A DNA stretch of 64,000 nucleotides from an uncultured virus (IMG/VR IMGVR_UViG_3300037882_001470). Taxonomy: Duplodnaviria > Heunggongvirae > Uroviricota > Caudoviricetes. The notes under the pieces are model-generated. The model worked only from the letters and a program-made list of their open reading frames with translations, did not search any database and was not told where the DNA came from. The stretch's first letter is position 1; every line of letters begins with the position of its first letter. The DNA lies in IMG/VR virus record IMGVR_UViG_3300037882_001470. One strand, written 5' to 3'. The position numbers and the translations under genes were made by a program. Shown here piece after piece: positions 48,289-57,131 of the stretch.

Positions 48289-48582
48289 TTATTCTACAGG
48301 ACGATTGCCAGTAACCGTCGTCGTGTCCGGTTTGACATATGGTTGCTCCATCGTTCCGAGGCCGCTGACGTTGGACTGCTTAACCCAGAAAAGTGCAAGG
48401 GCAACTGTTGTTTGAATCGCGTAATACGCCGTGGACAACACGTTATTGCGCAAATCCTCCGGCAGCCAATTCAATAGCCACGGGAAGTTGGTGACGGCGA
48501 TACTCGCTGCGAACACAATTGCCGCGAGGCGGGTCTTCGTGTTTGCTCCGAGAAGTTTTTCAAGCATCAGTTTTGGGTTCAT
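48289..48582 (-). CDS. Holin-like membrane protein
   Basis: Likely start MNPKLML; two hydrophobic helices; adjacent to the endolysin. Confidence 0.6.
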   Translation of the reverse strand: MNPKLMLEKLLGANTKTRLAAIVFAASIAVTNFPWLLNWLPEDLRNNVLSTAYYAIQTTVALALFWVKQSNVSGLGTMEQPYVKPDTTTVTGNRPVE

Positions 48583-49066
48583 TTGTTTTGTCTGGTTTTT
48601 CGGTTTCGGTTTTGACTGGGTCCGGAACATTTACACCGAACTTTCGAAGTGTAGCATCACCTTTTTGTTCAGCAAACAATTTCGCTCGCGAGAATAACCA
48701 TCGAACGACAGGCTTTGCCAAGACATATGGAATAGCAGTGCATACACCACCCGCAAACGCCAATACTACTGGCTTCACTTTGCGTAGGTCCAAACCGTCA
48801 TGCCACATAGCGTATATCTGCGGAAGAGCGATTCCGCACATGAGTGCGATAATAGCTCGTCCTACGATCTCTCTACGGGTTTCAAGCTCTGGATTGAGAA
48901 GGATTACACCGCCAGACATCATTAGTGCTCCAAGCAGCGTAAAAATGAACAGGTAAGTGTCGGAAGTTGGATTGTCTAGCACAGCGGGGGAGGCTGTGAC
49001 TGTAGAGGCCAGCACTGTCATGATGACAGCCATAGAATCGTAGAATGGTGCGCAGCGTTGTGGCAT
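48560..49066 (-). CDS. Holin/antiholin-like membrane protein
   Basis: Three to four hydrophobic segments and a charged C-terminal tail; in the lysis cassette. Confidence 0.55.
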   Translation of the reverse strand: MPQRCAPFYDSMAVIMTVLASTVTASPAVLDNPTSDTYLFIFTLLGALMMSGGVILLNPELETRREIVGRAIIALMCGIALPQIYAMWHDGLDLRKVKPVVLAFAGGVCTAIPYVLAKPVVRWLFSRAKLFAEQKGDATLRKFGVNVPDPVKTETEKPDKTNEPKTDA

Positions 49067-49071
49067 ATAGG

Positions 49072-52068
49072 TTATCGAAGTTGCACAAGAATGCTGAAGT
49101 GAGAATATGTAGTGTCGTTAGATTTAACGTAACTACCGACTGAACCTGTGCCCGCCGCAGTTGTGCACTTCACGACGAGCCGATAACCGCCAGAGCTGGT
49201 TGGAGGAATGCTTGCGAACTGTGTAGTAACCCCGCCGAGCTTAAATGTCGAACCACCTCCCGCTACTGAAATATTGTAAGTATCCAATACGGCAACTGTA
49301 GCCCATGATGTACCCTCACCCGAGAACTGCAAAAGAAGCTCGACTTTGTCTCCGGCAACGACGTCAGTCAGTCCGGTGGGCGTCAGTCCTACCGACCCCT
49401 CAAATGTGATCAACGCTCTATGCAGCGGTCTTAAAACCCCAGTACCACTGGAGTATAAAACATACTTGCTATACATGGGGTCTACCCCTGAATCTACAGA
49501 ACCATACGCGAGCACTGACGCAGTCGCGTTGTCGAGGATACCCGCGGTGCCTGGCAATAGGTATTTCGCAAATTGCTGCGCGAACACGTTCGGAGCTGTA
49601 ATTATTATTGCGTTGCTATCGATCACCAAACGTCCGTCGATTCGAGTGTTCGCGGAGATCTTTACAGTGTTATATGCTTTGACATCGAGCGCGATGGGTG
49701 GCGGTCCAAATGCAACTACGGTGGACGCCCAGTTGTAGCCAATCATACCACCATTGAACACCAGGTTTATAGATTCACCCGACCCCTGCACGTTTGTATC
49801 GATAATAGTAGAAGCGATATCGCGAGTTCCAATAGCACTGATTCTCCCCCCATTGACCTCTACTGTTAGACTCTCCCCGCCACTAGGGTCGAGGTCTACC
49901 GCTGAAGCCGTTGCACTGTAACGCTCAATCACTGTATCCAATTTTGACGTTCCTCGTAGAAACCTCATAGTTGGGTCTGAACCTCCGCTGTCCGAAAAGA
50001 ATCGACCGCCTGTAAAGTTACAAGACCCGGATATTTCCTGAATTCCGTTGACCGAAGTGCCATTGTCCAAGACTACATCCAGGTCTTTATTCCACAACGC
50101 GGCTTCACTATAGACGCCGTCACCGGCAGCATTGCGTAGGATATGGATTGCGTCACCGTTAACTGCGGCTGTTATTGCTGCAGTTATCGTAGAGAATGGA
50201 CGGAAAGCATCATAGGCGCTCAATCCTGTGCGGGTATTCGTCGCATCTGGATGCCCGCCTGCTACGGTAATCACACGACCCGGGTGAATAACGCCGGTGA
50301 CTCCGCCATTTACCCGAATCCCTACAAAGGTAGGGGAAGCTGCCACGTCTAAGTTTTGCGGTAACGATAATACGAGATCGGCGTTTTCGGCCCCGCTCCC
50401 GGTCACCGTCATGTTACTTGAGGTTATGGTCCTTACGTAATCGCCAGTAGTTTGAGTTCCCAAAGCTACAGCATCCGGAGCAATCTTGACGGACGTTACT
50501 TGTGTATCACCGATGTCCGAAGTGGTAACGGCTCCCGCAGTTATCTTGTCAGAGGTGACCGCATCCGCCCCCAGTTTTACATTGGTCACATTTGCGTCAG
50601 CCAGCTTCGCAGTCGTGACCGCGCCTGTGGCAATTTTTGCCGCGGAGACTGCACTATCTTGCAGCTTTGACGCGGACACCGAGTTATCTGCCAGCTTCGG
50701 TGTTGTAATAGCATTTGCGGCGATTACGGTGTTAGCATACGTGCCACCCACAAGGTCACCTGTAGTCACAGACGATGTCGTAAGTCCGGTAAACGGAACC
50801 CCGGTGGCCACACTAATTCGACCTGTTGGCGTAATTGTAATCTGCGGGATCGAGTCCGAAGCGCCATATGTTCCTGCTATAACCCCGTTCGCATACAATT
50901 GAACATCTGTGATCGAATTATTTCGGATTAAAGGGTCTCCGTAATTACCTGTGAAGAATGTGCTATCTAGTGGAACCGGCGTCGTCGAAGTAAGCCCTGT
51001 AGAAGGTACGTTACCAATTGATACCACTTGTCCTTGCGCATTTACAATAAGTTGCGGGATGTTAACCGCACTCCCATATGTTCCTGCGGCGACACCCGTA
51101 GCTGCAAGCTTCAATGTGGTTATTGCCCCGTCTGCGACCTTTGGAGTTGTTACAGCATTGGTGTTGATGCTTACAGTAGTGACCGCATTTGCGGCGAGCG
51201 TAGGGCTGAGAATAGATCCGCTAAGCGCACCTGTCAGCGTATTTAAAGTGAGCGCCGTGATGGCTGCGGATGCGTCGTCTGCCGGAAGAATGGAGGTGCG
51301 CACGTATGGACTCAGGTCAGTGCTGGTAAGCGTATTGACCCCTGCTGAATACAGAATCTTGTTTACGGCGATAGCCCCGATACCCGTTCCTCCGTTGGGA
51401 AATGATAGTGGCGATGACAGCGTCAGTCCTGCGAAGGTAGGGCTGTCGGAGCTACCAAGTCCTACTGCCGCGCGCACGGAGGCCAGCGGCGTTAGCACCC
51501 AGTTGGTTCCGTTCGCATACATGAACCCGGCTGGACTTACGCCGAGCGCTGAAATTTCCGCGAGTCGCGGTGAATACGCCTGCACGTTGGTACCTACCGT
51601 AAGTGACAACGCTGCCCTTGTAGTCGACGCCCCACTTCCGGAGAATGACAGTCCTGTATTACCGATGGTAGTAGGCCCGTTAAAGGTGCTGGGACCCGCC
51701 CATGAATTGATTCCAGTCCACGCGTTGATTCCTCCGAGATTTACAATACCGCTGGTGCTCGAGAGCGTCCCACTGACCGCAAGATTTCCTGTAATCGATA
51801 AATTACCGGCAGAGCTTCTGTATATGAAAACGTCAGGCCCGAGTTGGAGTCCGTCTACGGACGTAGTAGGATTACCCGCTGGTAGAATCGTAATGCGAGA
51901 TGCTGGCGTTGCCGTGCCGAAGCCGAGCCGTCCAATATTATCGACTTGGAACCCGGCAGCGTTCAGATCTGTGTTGAGCACGCCATTTGTAATCGGGTTT
52001 ACGATCTGCCCGACCGCCGCAATCGAGGTGAGCCAGGCTACGATAAGTGAAATGAGTTTAGTGGTCAT
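49072..52068 (-). CDS. Long tail fibre/tailspike-like protein
   Basis: Multiple [AS]VT..K[LI]A[DA] repeats, two GTYG.....IPQ repeats, and C-terminal RPFSTITAAITAA..GDAIHIL..GVYSE typical of the start of a parallel beta-helix. Confidence 0.75.
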   Translation of the reverse strand: MTTKLISLIVAWLTSIAAVGQIVNPITNGVLNTDLNAAGFQVDNIGRLGFGTATPASRITILPAGNPTTSVDGLQLGPDVFIYRSSAGNLSITGNLAVSGTLSSTSGIVNLGGINAWTGINSWAGPSTFNGPTTIGNTGLSFSGSGASTTRAALSLTVGTNVQAYSPRLAEISALGVSPAGFMYANGTNWVLTPLASVRAAVGLGSSDSPTFAGLTLSSPLSFPNGGTGIGAIAVNKILYSAGVNTLTSTDLSPYVRTSILPADDASAAITALTLNTLTGALSGSILSPTLAANAVTTVSINTNAVTTPKVADGAITTLKLAATGVAAGTYGSAVNIPQLIVNAQGQVVSIGNVPSTGLTSTTPVPLDSTFFTGNYGDPLIRNNSITDVQLYANGVIAGTYGASDSIPQITITPTGRISVATGVPFTGLTTSSVTTGDLVGGTYANTVIAANAITTPKLADNSVSASKLQDSAVSAAKIATGAVTTAKLADANVTNVKLGADAVTSDKITAGAVTTSDIGDTQVTSVKIAPDAVALGTQTTGDYVRTITSSNMTVTGSGAENADLVLSLPQNLDVAASPTFVGIRVNGGVTGVIHPGRVITVAGGHPDATNTRTGLSAYDAFRPFSTITAAITAAVNGDAIHILRNAAGDGVYSEAALWNKDLDVVLDNGTSVNGIQEISGSCNFTGGRFFSDSGGSDPTMRFLRGTSKLDTVIERYSATASAVDLDPSGGESLTVEVNGGRISAIGTRDIASTIIDTNVQGSGESINLVFNGGMIGYNWASTVVAFGPPPIALDVKAYNTVKISANTRIDGRLVIDSNAIIITAPNVFAQQFAKYLLPGTAGILDNATASVLAYGSVDSGVDPMYSKYVLYSSGTGVLRPLHRALITFEGSVGLTPTGLTDVVAGDKVELLLQFSGEGTSWATVAVLDTYNISVAGGGSTFKLGGVTTQFASIPPTSSGGYRLVVKCTTAAGTGSVGSYVKSNDTTYSHFSILVQLR

Positions 52069-52076
52069 GTAGTGTG

Positions 52077-52943
52077 TTAGATTTCTTGAACAGCCTCGCC
52101 TTCGAGGAAATAGTTACCAGTTGGAGGTGGATTACAAATAAATCGGAATCCGAGATGAGTCACGTCTTTTACAACGCCGTTAATAACGCTAACAGCGTCA
52201 GATACGTCTGTACATCTGATTGTTGTCCCGACGATCTTCGGAGGCAGCGCAGGCGATGGTGCAAACGGGCTGGCAAACGTTATAGTCTGTATGCCTGCTC
52301 CCGATGTCATCGGAAGACTGAAACGCTGTCTATAACCGGGGGAGTCTGGTATCCCCCAGTCGGTAGCGTTTAGTGGAACTCGACCGATATGGTTCGGGCC
52401 TACGCCTACATTTAGAAAGTATTTACCACTGATTTGCGTCACGCAAATGGAGTTTCGCGTGGCCTCTGACGTCGTAGAACTTGGAGGTGTGGCAATTAAG
52501 CCGGCGTATAGCGCCTGAAGTTTACTTAGTTCGAGCTCTACGAGCCGCGGTTTTGCTTTACTGCGATCTACCACAACAAAGCGATCGTAAGGCGACGCCC
52601 CTGTCAGCTTCTCTCCCAACGCCGTGAGTTTACGCCCCGCCGACACGACAGACTGCACGCTCACTACGGAGGCTTCAGCGTCGAGCCCGTAGCACAATTG
52701 CCAATTGGCAGTAAGCGGCGCTGTCTTCAATCGGTAAGCGAATCCTGTGAAGTTTCCGATCGTTGGTTGCGTTATACTGGTGATGACAGGGCTTAGTTCC
52801 GCCAGCGACTGAGTCGGCGAGACATCGATTGTGTTCGCGACACCAAGCACGAGATTCGGAGACGCAGATAACCCGGTCGGGAATGTTACAGTGCCTGTTG
52901 TTACGCCTACAGGTAGGCTTACAAATCCGAAAAGTGCAGACAT
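52077..52943 (-). CDS. Tail fibre-associated protein
   Basis: Two beta modules (GTVTFPT...P.LV; QTITFASPF...P.IV), similar to 2211-2885. Confidence 0.5.
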   Translation of the reverse strand: MSALFGFVSLPVGVTTGTVTFPTGLSASPNLVLGVANTIDVSPTQSLAELSPVITSITQPTIGNFTGFAYRLKTAPLTANWQLCYGLDAEASVVSVQSVVSAGRKLTALGEKLTGASPYDRFVVVDRSKAKPRLVELELSKLQALYAGLIATPPSSTTSEATRNSICVTQISGKYFLNVGVGPNHIGRVPLNATDWGIPDSPGYRQRFSLPMTSGAGIQTITFASPFAPSPALPPKIVGTTIRCTDVSDAVSVINGVVKDVTHLGFRFICNPPPTGNYFLEGEAVQEI

Positions 52944-53153
52944 TTAAGTGATATTGGTTGTGACCTTGGCGACTGGCAACTTAAATGCCGCCGCATGTTG
53001 TGTCATGGCCTCATCGCCGGGAGACAAGACCGATGTAAAAGATTTTCCGGCAATTGTCACCTGAATCAGCGCGCCATCCATCGTCAGCACTTCGACAATA
53101 CCTTCATCGAGTGTCTGAACTATTCGACCTTTGTTGTCGCGCACTTGAATCAT
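52944..53153 (-). CDS. Small hypothetical protein
   Basis: 69 aa ORF coupled to its neighbours. Confidence 0.55.
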   Translation of the reverse strand: MIQVRDNKGRIVQTLDEGIVEVLTMDGALIQVTIAGKSFTSVLSPGDEAMTQHAAAFKLPVAKVTTNIT

Positions 53154-53668
53154 GCGATTGGCATCTGCGACTGGATTGCGGATTGCTGCACAGGCGATGG
53201 CGGCTCGTCAATTGCGGCCTGAAGGCGTGCGATCTGTTTCTCAGCCTCCCTTAACTGGGCTGCGAGTGTAATTACGTCTTTCTGAAGCTTTCCGGTTTCT
53301 TTTTCAGACTCAGCGGACTGCGCCTGCATCTTTTGGATGGCGTCCAGCATTTTACCCACAACCTCGGAAATTTCTGCAATTGCTTGGCTGTTATCGGCTG
53401 GCGGTGCTGCCTGTTGCGGAGGCGCCGCAGGTTGTGGCTGGGCTTGCTGTGGAGGCGGAGTCGCCTGTGCTTGCTGTTGCATCATCGCTTGTTGTTGAGC
53501 GGCGGGGTCCGCAGCCGCCTGTTGTTGCATTGCCTGCTGCTCCATAGCTTGTTGTTGCGCAGGGTCGGGTTGCGGTGCACTGGCGACGAAAGCCACTTTA
53601 TGAAGAGGTTCGAGCACCTTCAAAAGCGAGGAAAGTTCGGATTGTAGTCGCGCAGCATGTTGAGACAT
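53150..53668 (-). CDS. Gln/Pro/Ala-rich coiled-coil protein, first gene of the structural transcript
   Basis: HKVAF motif, Q/P/A low-complexity tract, C-terminal heptad pattern. Confidence 0.65.
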   Translation of the reverse strand: MSQHAARLQSELSSLLKVLEPLHKVAFVASAPQPDPAQQQAMEQQAMQQQAAADPAAQQQAMMQQQAQATPPPQQAQPQPAAPPQQAAPPADNSQAIAEISEVVGKMLDAIQKMQAQSAESEKETGKLQKDVITLAAQLREAEKQIARLQAAIDEPPSPVQQSAIQSQMPIA

Positions 53669-53677
53669 ATCTGGCGC

Positions 53678-53706
53678 ATTCTATGGGACGACTCGGTGTG
53701 ATGCAA
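53678..53706 (-). promoter_or_regulatory. Sigma70-like promoter TTGCAT-N17-TAGAAT
   Basis: -35 at 53706-53701 and -10 at 53683-53678 with a 17-nt spacer; 9 nt before the ATG at 53668. Confidence 0.7.
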
Positions 53707-53718
53707 TACTGTAGTAGC

Positions 53719-53759
53719 TAAAAGAAAACCTCCGCGGGCAATTACGCCCGCGGAGGTTT
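53719..53759 (-). terminator. Rho-independent terminator ending the accessory region
   Basis: 14-bp stem aaacctccgcgggc (53726-53739) / gcccgcggaggttt (53746-53759), running into TTTTCTTTT on the minus strand. Confidence 0.88.
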
Positions 53760-53780
53760 CTGTGAACGTAATTGTCCGCG

Positions 53781-54113
53781 CTAGTCGAGAAGCTGCACGT
53801 CTCCTTTGATAAATTGCGGAAAGACTGTTATTTCCTTGATGCGGCCTTGATAGTGGTGCTCAAACATCGGGATACACCCCTTATGCAGCCGCAGAAAGAC
53901 CGCATCATCCCCCTTCCGGAATAGTATATTGTCTCCAGGCGCGTCGGAAGTCGCTCCGCCGATGAATTTAACCTTCGTACCTGCTTGCAACTTTTCCCAG
54001 GATGCCAATTGGCGCGGGAGTGCTAAAAGTCGCGGCGCGGGCGTCACTGTCGTTTCGATATCTGCGTTGCCGGCTATCGTGTGTCGAACGTCGTTTCGGT
54101 TTGGATTTTTCAT
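53781..54113 (-). CDS. Hypothetical protein
   Basis: 110 aa ORF with an A/C-rich leader. Confidence 0.6.
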   Translation of the reverse strand: MKNPNRNDVRHTIAGNADIETTVTPAPRLLALPRQLASWEKLQAGTKVKFIGGATSDAPGDNILFRKGDDAVFLRLHKGCIPMFEHHYQGRIKEITVFPQFIKGDVQLLD

Positions 54114-54204
54114 AGTGTGTATTTGATTTGGTATTTAATTTTTGAACCCAGTCAGCGGAATGCCAGTGGTGTTCATTTACTATAACCCGTTTACGTAGTT
54201 TGTT

Positions 54205-54423
54205 TCAGACCAACGTCGCGACTGCGTGTAATACACCGCCGCAAAACGTGTATACGCTAATTCCGTAAGCAATGTGCCAAGTATTGCAATTGTTCGCCCA
54301 GAACGTAACGAAATGTCTACGACGATCGTTGTATGGGGATGGATACGCCCACGCAAGAATTCGCCATATGAGGCACAGCGGTAACACTGCACACATTCGT
54401 AAGTAAAACAAGTGCGTGGCCAT
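54205..54423 (-). CDS. Small hydrophobic protein
   Basis: ATG 3 nt after the upstream stop; two hydrophobic stretches. Confidence 0.4.
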   Translation of the reverse strand: MATHLFYLRMCAVLPLCLIWRILAWAYPSPYNDRRRHFVTFWANNCNTWHIAYGISVYTFCGGVLHAVATLV

Positions 54424-54426
54424 TTC

Positions 54427-54849
54427 TCATCTCCTTCTGGTTTGGAGCTGTCGCTGCATTTCGATGGGTATAATTACGTTGTGTGGTATATCTAGATCAT
54501 AGACCAGTTCGCAGACCTGTGAAGCGTCATATTCGCAGAAATTATACCCCAATTGTGGGAATATGAAGCATTTACACACATTTGCCCGTGCACACGTCAA
54601 TAGATCTTCGATACCAACCCGGATTGCCGGGAGCGGTAATGTGATATGGTGATAGTCGCTTACAGGTAGTGCGTAACTCTGTCCGTAAAATCCTCTACCG
54701 TTACCGCGTATTGCCCCGTAGCGTTCTATGGCGGCGCACGCGCCGCCTCGTGTGTGCTCTCCCGCGAGATCAGACCCGAATACCATGACCTCATACGGTA
54801 GCAGCTCCGTAAACTGCGTCGGGGTGTGTTTAAAGCGGAATTCTGTCAA
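54427..54849 (-). CDS. A1S_2505-family (macro-domain-like) phage non-structural protein
   Basis: VMVFGSDLAGEHTRGGA..A...YGA..G.G.G..GQSYALP signature. Confidence 0.75.
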   Translation of the reverse strand: MTEFRFKHTPTQFTELLPYEVMVFGSDLAGEHTRGGACAAIERYGAIRGNGRGFYGQSYALPVSDYHHITLPLPAIRVGIEDLLTCARANVCKCFIFPQLGYNFCEYDASQVCELVYDLDIPHNVIIPIEMQRQLQTRRR

Positions 54850-55193
54850 CGGTGACGTCGGTTCTTACCGCGCTTCGGAGGGAGCTTGCGGTAAAAAGGT
54901 ATCTGACACGGACGCTCGCCAATATTTGTACATTTTTCGTGTTCGAACTCAGCGTCCCATCCTTCGTCTTTCTGTGGCATCTTGAGCTCGTATACGGTTG
55001 GTGCTACCGACTGAAGGGTAAGTGCGCATCCGCACTGAATTGCTAGGCGCGTAGCCGTTTCATCGACAGCCGGAGGGGCGGACTGTGTAAGTGATTCGCC
55101 AGCCGTCGCGGATACACGTGGTGTTAGACTTGCGAGCCAAGCCATCGACGTAGCGTGAGCCACGAGCATTACATTTCCTTTTACTAATCCCAT
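54846..55193 (-). CDS. Hypothetical protein
   Basis: Coupled 115 aa ORF. Confidence 0.45.
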   Translation of the reverse strand: MGLVKGNVMLVAHATSMAWLASLTPRVSATAGESLTQSAPPAVDETATRLAIQCGCALTLQSVAPTVYELKMPQKDEGWDAEFEHEKCTNIGERPCQIPFYRKLPPKRGKNRRHR

Positions 55194-55567
55194 ACGAGTC
55201 GAGGGTAACGCAGCGTCCCGTTAGCGTAAATTCTAAATTGCGAACCTCCATGAGTTCCGGGACCTTCGTCGTCAGACGTATTGCATACATCGAACTCGAT
55301 GAATTCATGCCCGTGGCGTCCGATGATTGCCCCATACAGTTTTAGAAACCGATCGGTGATCAAGTCAGGATCGCCTCCGTCATCCACTTTGGGATACAGC
55401 ATTTTCTGTTCAACATCCCGATGCATTTGCATCCCGCAATTGTGTCCCTCCTCTTCGTGATCTTCTTCCAGCGCGGCTTCTAGCTCTGCGAACTCTTCGT
55501 CACTGCATACGAGATCGATCAATCCACATTCGTCTGTGGGGTAGATACATGTGTAGGAATTACTCAT
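55184..55567 (-). CDS. Acidic hypothetical protein
   Basis: 127 aa, strongly acidic, coupled. Confidence 0.6.
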   Translation of the reverse strand: MSNSYTCIYPTDECGLIDLVCSDEEFAELEAALEEDHEEEGHNCGMQMHRDVEQKMLYPKVDDGGDPDLITDRFLKLYGAIIGRHGHEFIEFDVCNTSDDEGPGTHGGSQFRIYANGTLRYPRLVWD

Positions 55568-55857
55568 TTTACTAAGAGACAGTCAGTATTCTGTAGGCAC
55601 TCGGCGAGGTAATCTGTGAGTGACATTTCGTTTAATATGACATCATCCCAGATGTTGTCATATAGGTGGTATTCGTCCGGTAATTGACCTACGTAAGCCT
55701 CTTTAAGAGCTTCCGCGAACTCGCCGACACTGAGTTCTAAGTTTCGTATATCTTTGAGATACACAGTTTCCTCGCGGTAGTCAGTATCATCCTCCGACAA
55801 ACGGACCTCTACACTGAATCGGAAAACTCGATAAAAACCTAAATCTTCTACATTCAT
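55564..55857 (-). CDS. Acidic hypothetical protein
   Basis: 97 aa, strongly acidic, ATGA overlaps. Confidence 0.6.
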   Translation of the reverse strand: MNVEDLGFYRVFRFSVEVRLSEDDTDYREETVYLKDIRNLELSVGEFAEALKEAYVGQLPDEYHLYDNIWDDVILNEMSLTDYLAECLQNTDCLLVK

Positions 55858-57131
55858 TGTAAGAACTCCCCCAATTGACGAAACACCTCACGGAACACAC
55901 GCGTCTGCACTCCCTGCCCGGCAACCTCTACGGCGGTTGCGTAATGTGGTGTCCGTAGCTCGCACCCGTGAATACGCTCGATCTCGGAAGCACGAAGCAT
56001 CCGCAGGCCATGCGGAGTTTCCACGAACGGGCCGACGTTGATTTTGTGGTAGCTCCGAACAATCGTAGGACACGACGTGCTTTCGTGGTTAATGGTTGTA
56101 AACCCGAACCCGTTGCCTTTGGCTTGATGCCGGGCATTGTGGGCGCGTAGTCCTACAATTGTATTCGCAATACGTTCGCAGTCAGTTTTGTCAGCTTCGG
56201 ACGGTGCGTCCAGAAATGTTCCCATGGTGCCCGTAAACGGTCTGTTCGGGATGTTCAGAGTAAAGCCTGTGAGAGTAGTTGCGATACCAAGCCACCGACG
56301 TCGCGTGCTCGGCTCGCCCCATTGCGTGGTTGGCTCCAGCACGTAGTCTGTCCAATGATACCCCATCTGTTGTAAGTCCGTTGCCAGCGCCAGCCCCGCT
56401 GGGCTGTTTTGGTAGTTCGGGACGTTCTCGAATACGCAAACGGACGGACGCTTGTGGCGCACCATGCTGAGCACGTCGGTGTATAAACCCCCATAGTTGC
56501 CTCCCTCTGCAGCGGCACCGACCAACCCGTTTTTCGCACGCCCCATCGTGCTATGGTTGTTGCACGGGATTCCGGCGAAGATAGCATCACAGTCAGGAAT
56601 GTCGAGCGGACTCACCGCGCGGATGTCACCTTGAATGAGCGTCGCGTTCGGGTTTGCCTCCGCCCAAATATCGGCGAACTTTGGCTCGACTTCGAGGCCA
56701 CCAACGATCTCAAAGTTGGGATTACCAATGAGCGCCTGTGACATTGTGCCACCACCACAGAAGAGCTCGACGACGCGGATAGGCCCCGAACGTAGCTGCT
56801 GTTTGCGGATGTAGAACGCGCGAATACTCGGGGTGAGCGTCATCACACCCGGAGATCTGCTGGTCATACGGAATTCATTATATCCGACGAGCGGCGACAA
56901 GGCTTTGTCCGAAGCGATGTCCAGCACCGGGCGAAGTCCTCCTGCCGATTTACGACGCGACACCGTGTAATCCTCCCCGCCGGCTTCCACCGTTACGGAG
57001 TTTCCTGTGGGCGTAACTCGCACCATCTGACCTACAGCGAACCCGAGTGGGCTGAGTCGCGCGCTTTCTAGGAACACGCGGGTTTGCCCGCGGTTCATTC
57101 CAATCTCTCCGAATGTAATTAATTCTCCCAT
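55854..57131 (-). CDS. DNA cytosine-5 methyltransferase with an N-terminal extension
   Basis: Motif I VVELFCGGG, catalytic motif IV AGIPC, motif VI FENV, and RRR in motif VIII; about 110 aa extra N-terminal domain. Confidence 0.9.
   Translation of the reverse strand: MGELITFGEIGMNRGQTRVFLESARLSPLGFAVGQMVRVTPTGNSVTVEAGGEDYTVSRRKSAGGLRPVLDIASDKALSPLVGYNEFRMTSRSPGVMTLTPSIRAFYIRKQQLRSGPIRVVELFCGGGTMSQALIGNPNFEIVGGLEVEPKFADIWAEANPNATLIQGDIRAVSPLDIPDCDAIFAGIPCNNHSTMGRAKNGLVGAAAEGGNYGGLYTDVLSMVRHKRPSVCVFENVPNYQNSPAGLALATDLQQMGYHWTDYVLEPTTQWGEPSTRRRWLGIATTLTGFTLNIPNRPFTGTMGTFLDAPSEADKTDCERIANTIVGLRAHNARHQAKGNGFGFTTINHESTSCPTIVRSYHKINVGPFVETPHGLRMLRASEIERIHGCELRTPHYATAVEVAGQGVQTRVFREVFRQLGEFLQ

Noticed and set aside
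50951..52072. Long plus-strand ORFs (also 20675-21493, 36826-37524, 32067-32738, 1448-2038 and many shorter ones)
   Set aside because: Antisense shadows of well-supported minus-strand genes; they carry no recognisable motifs.
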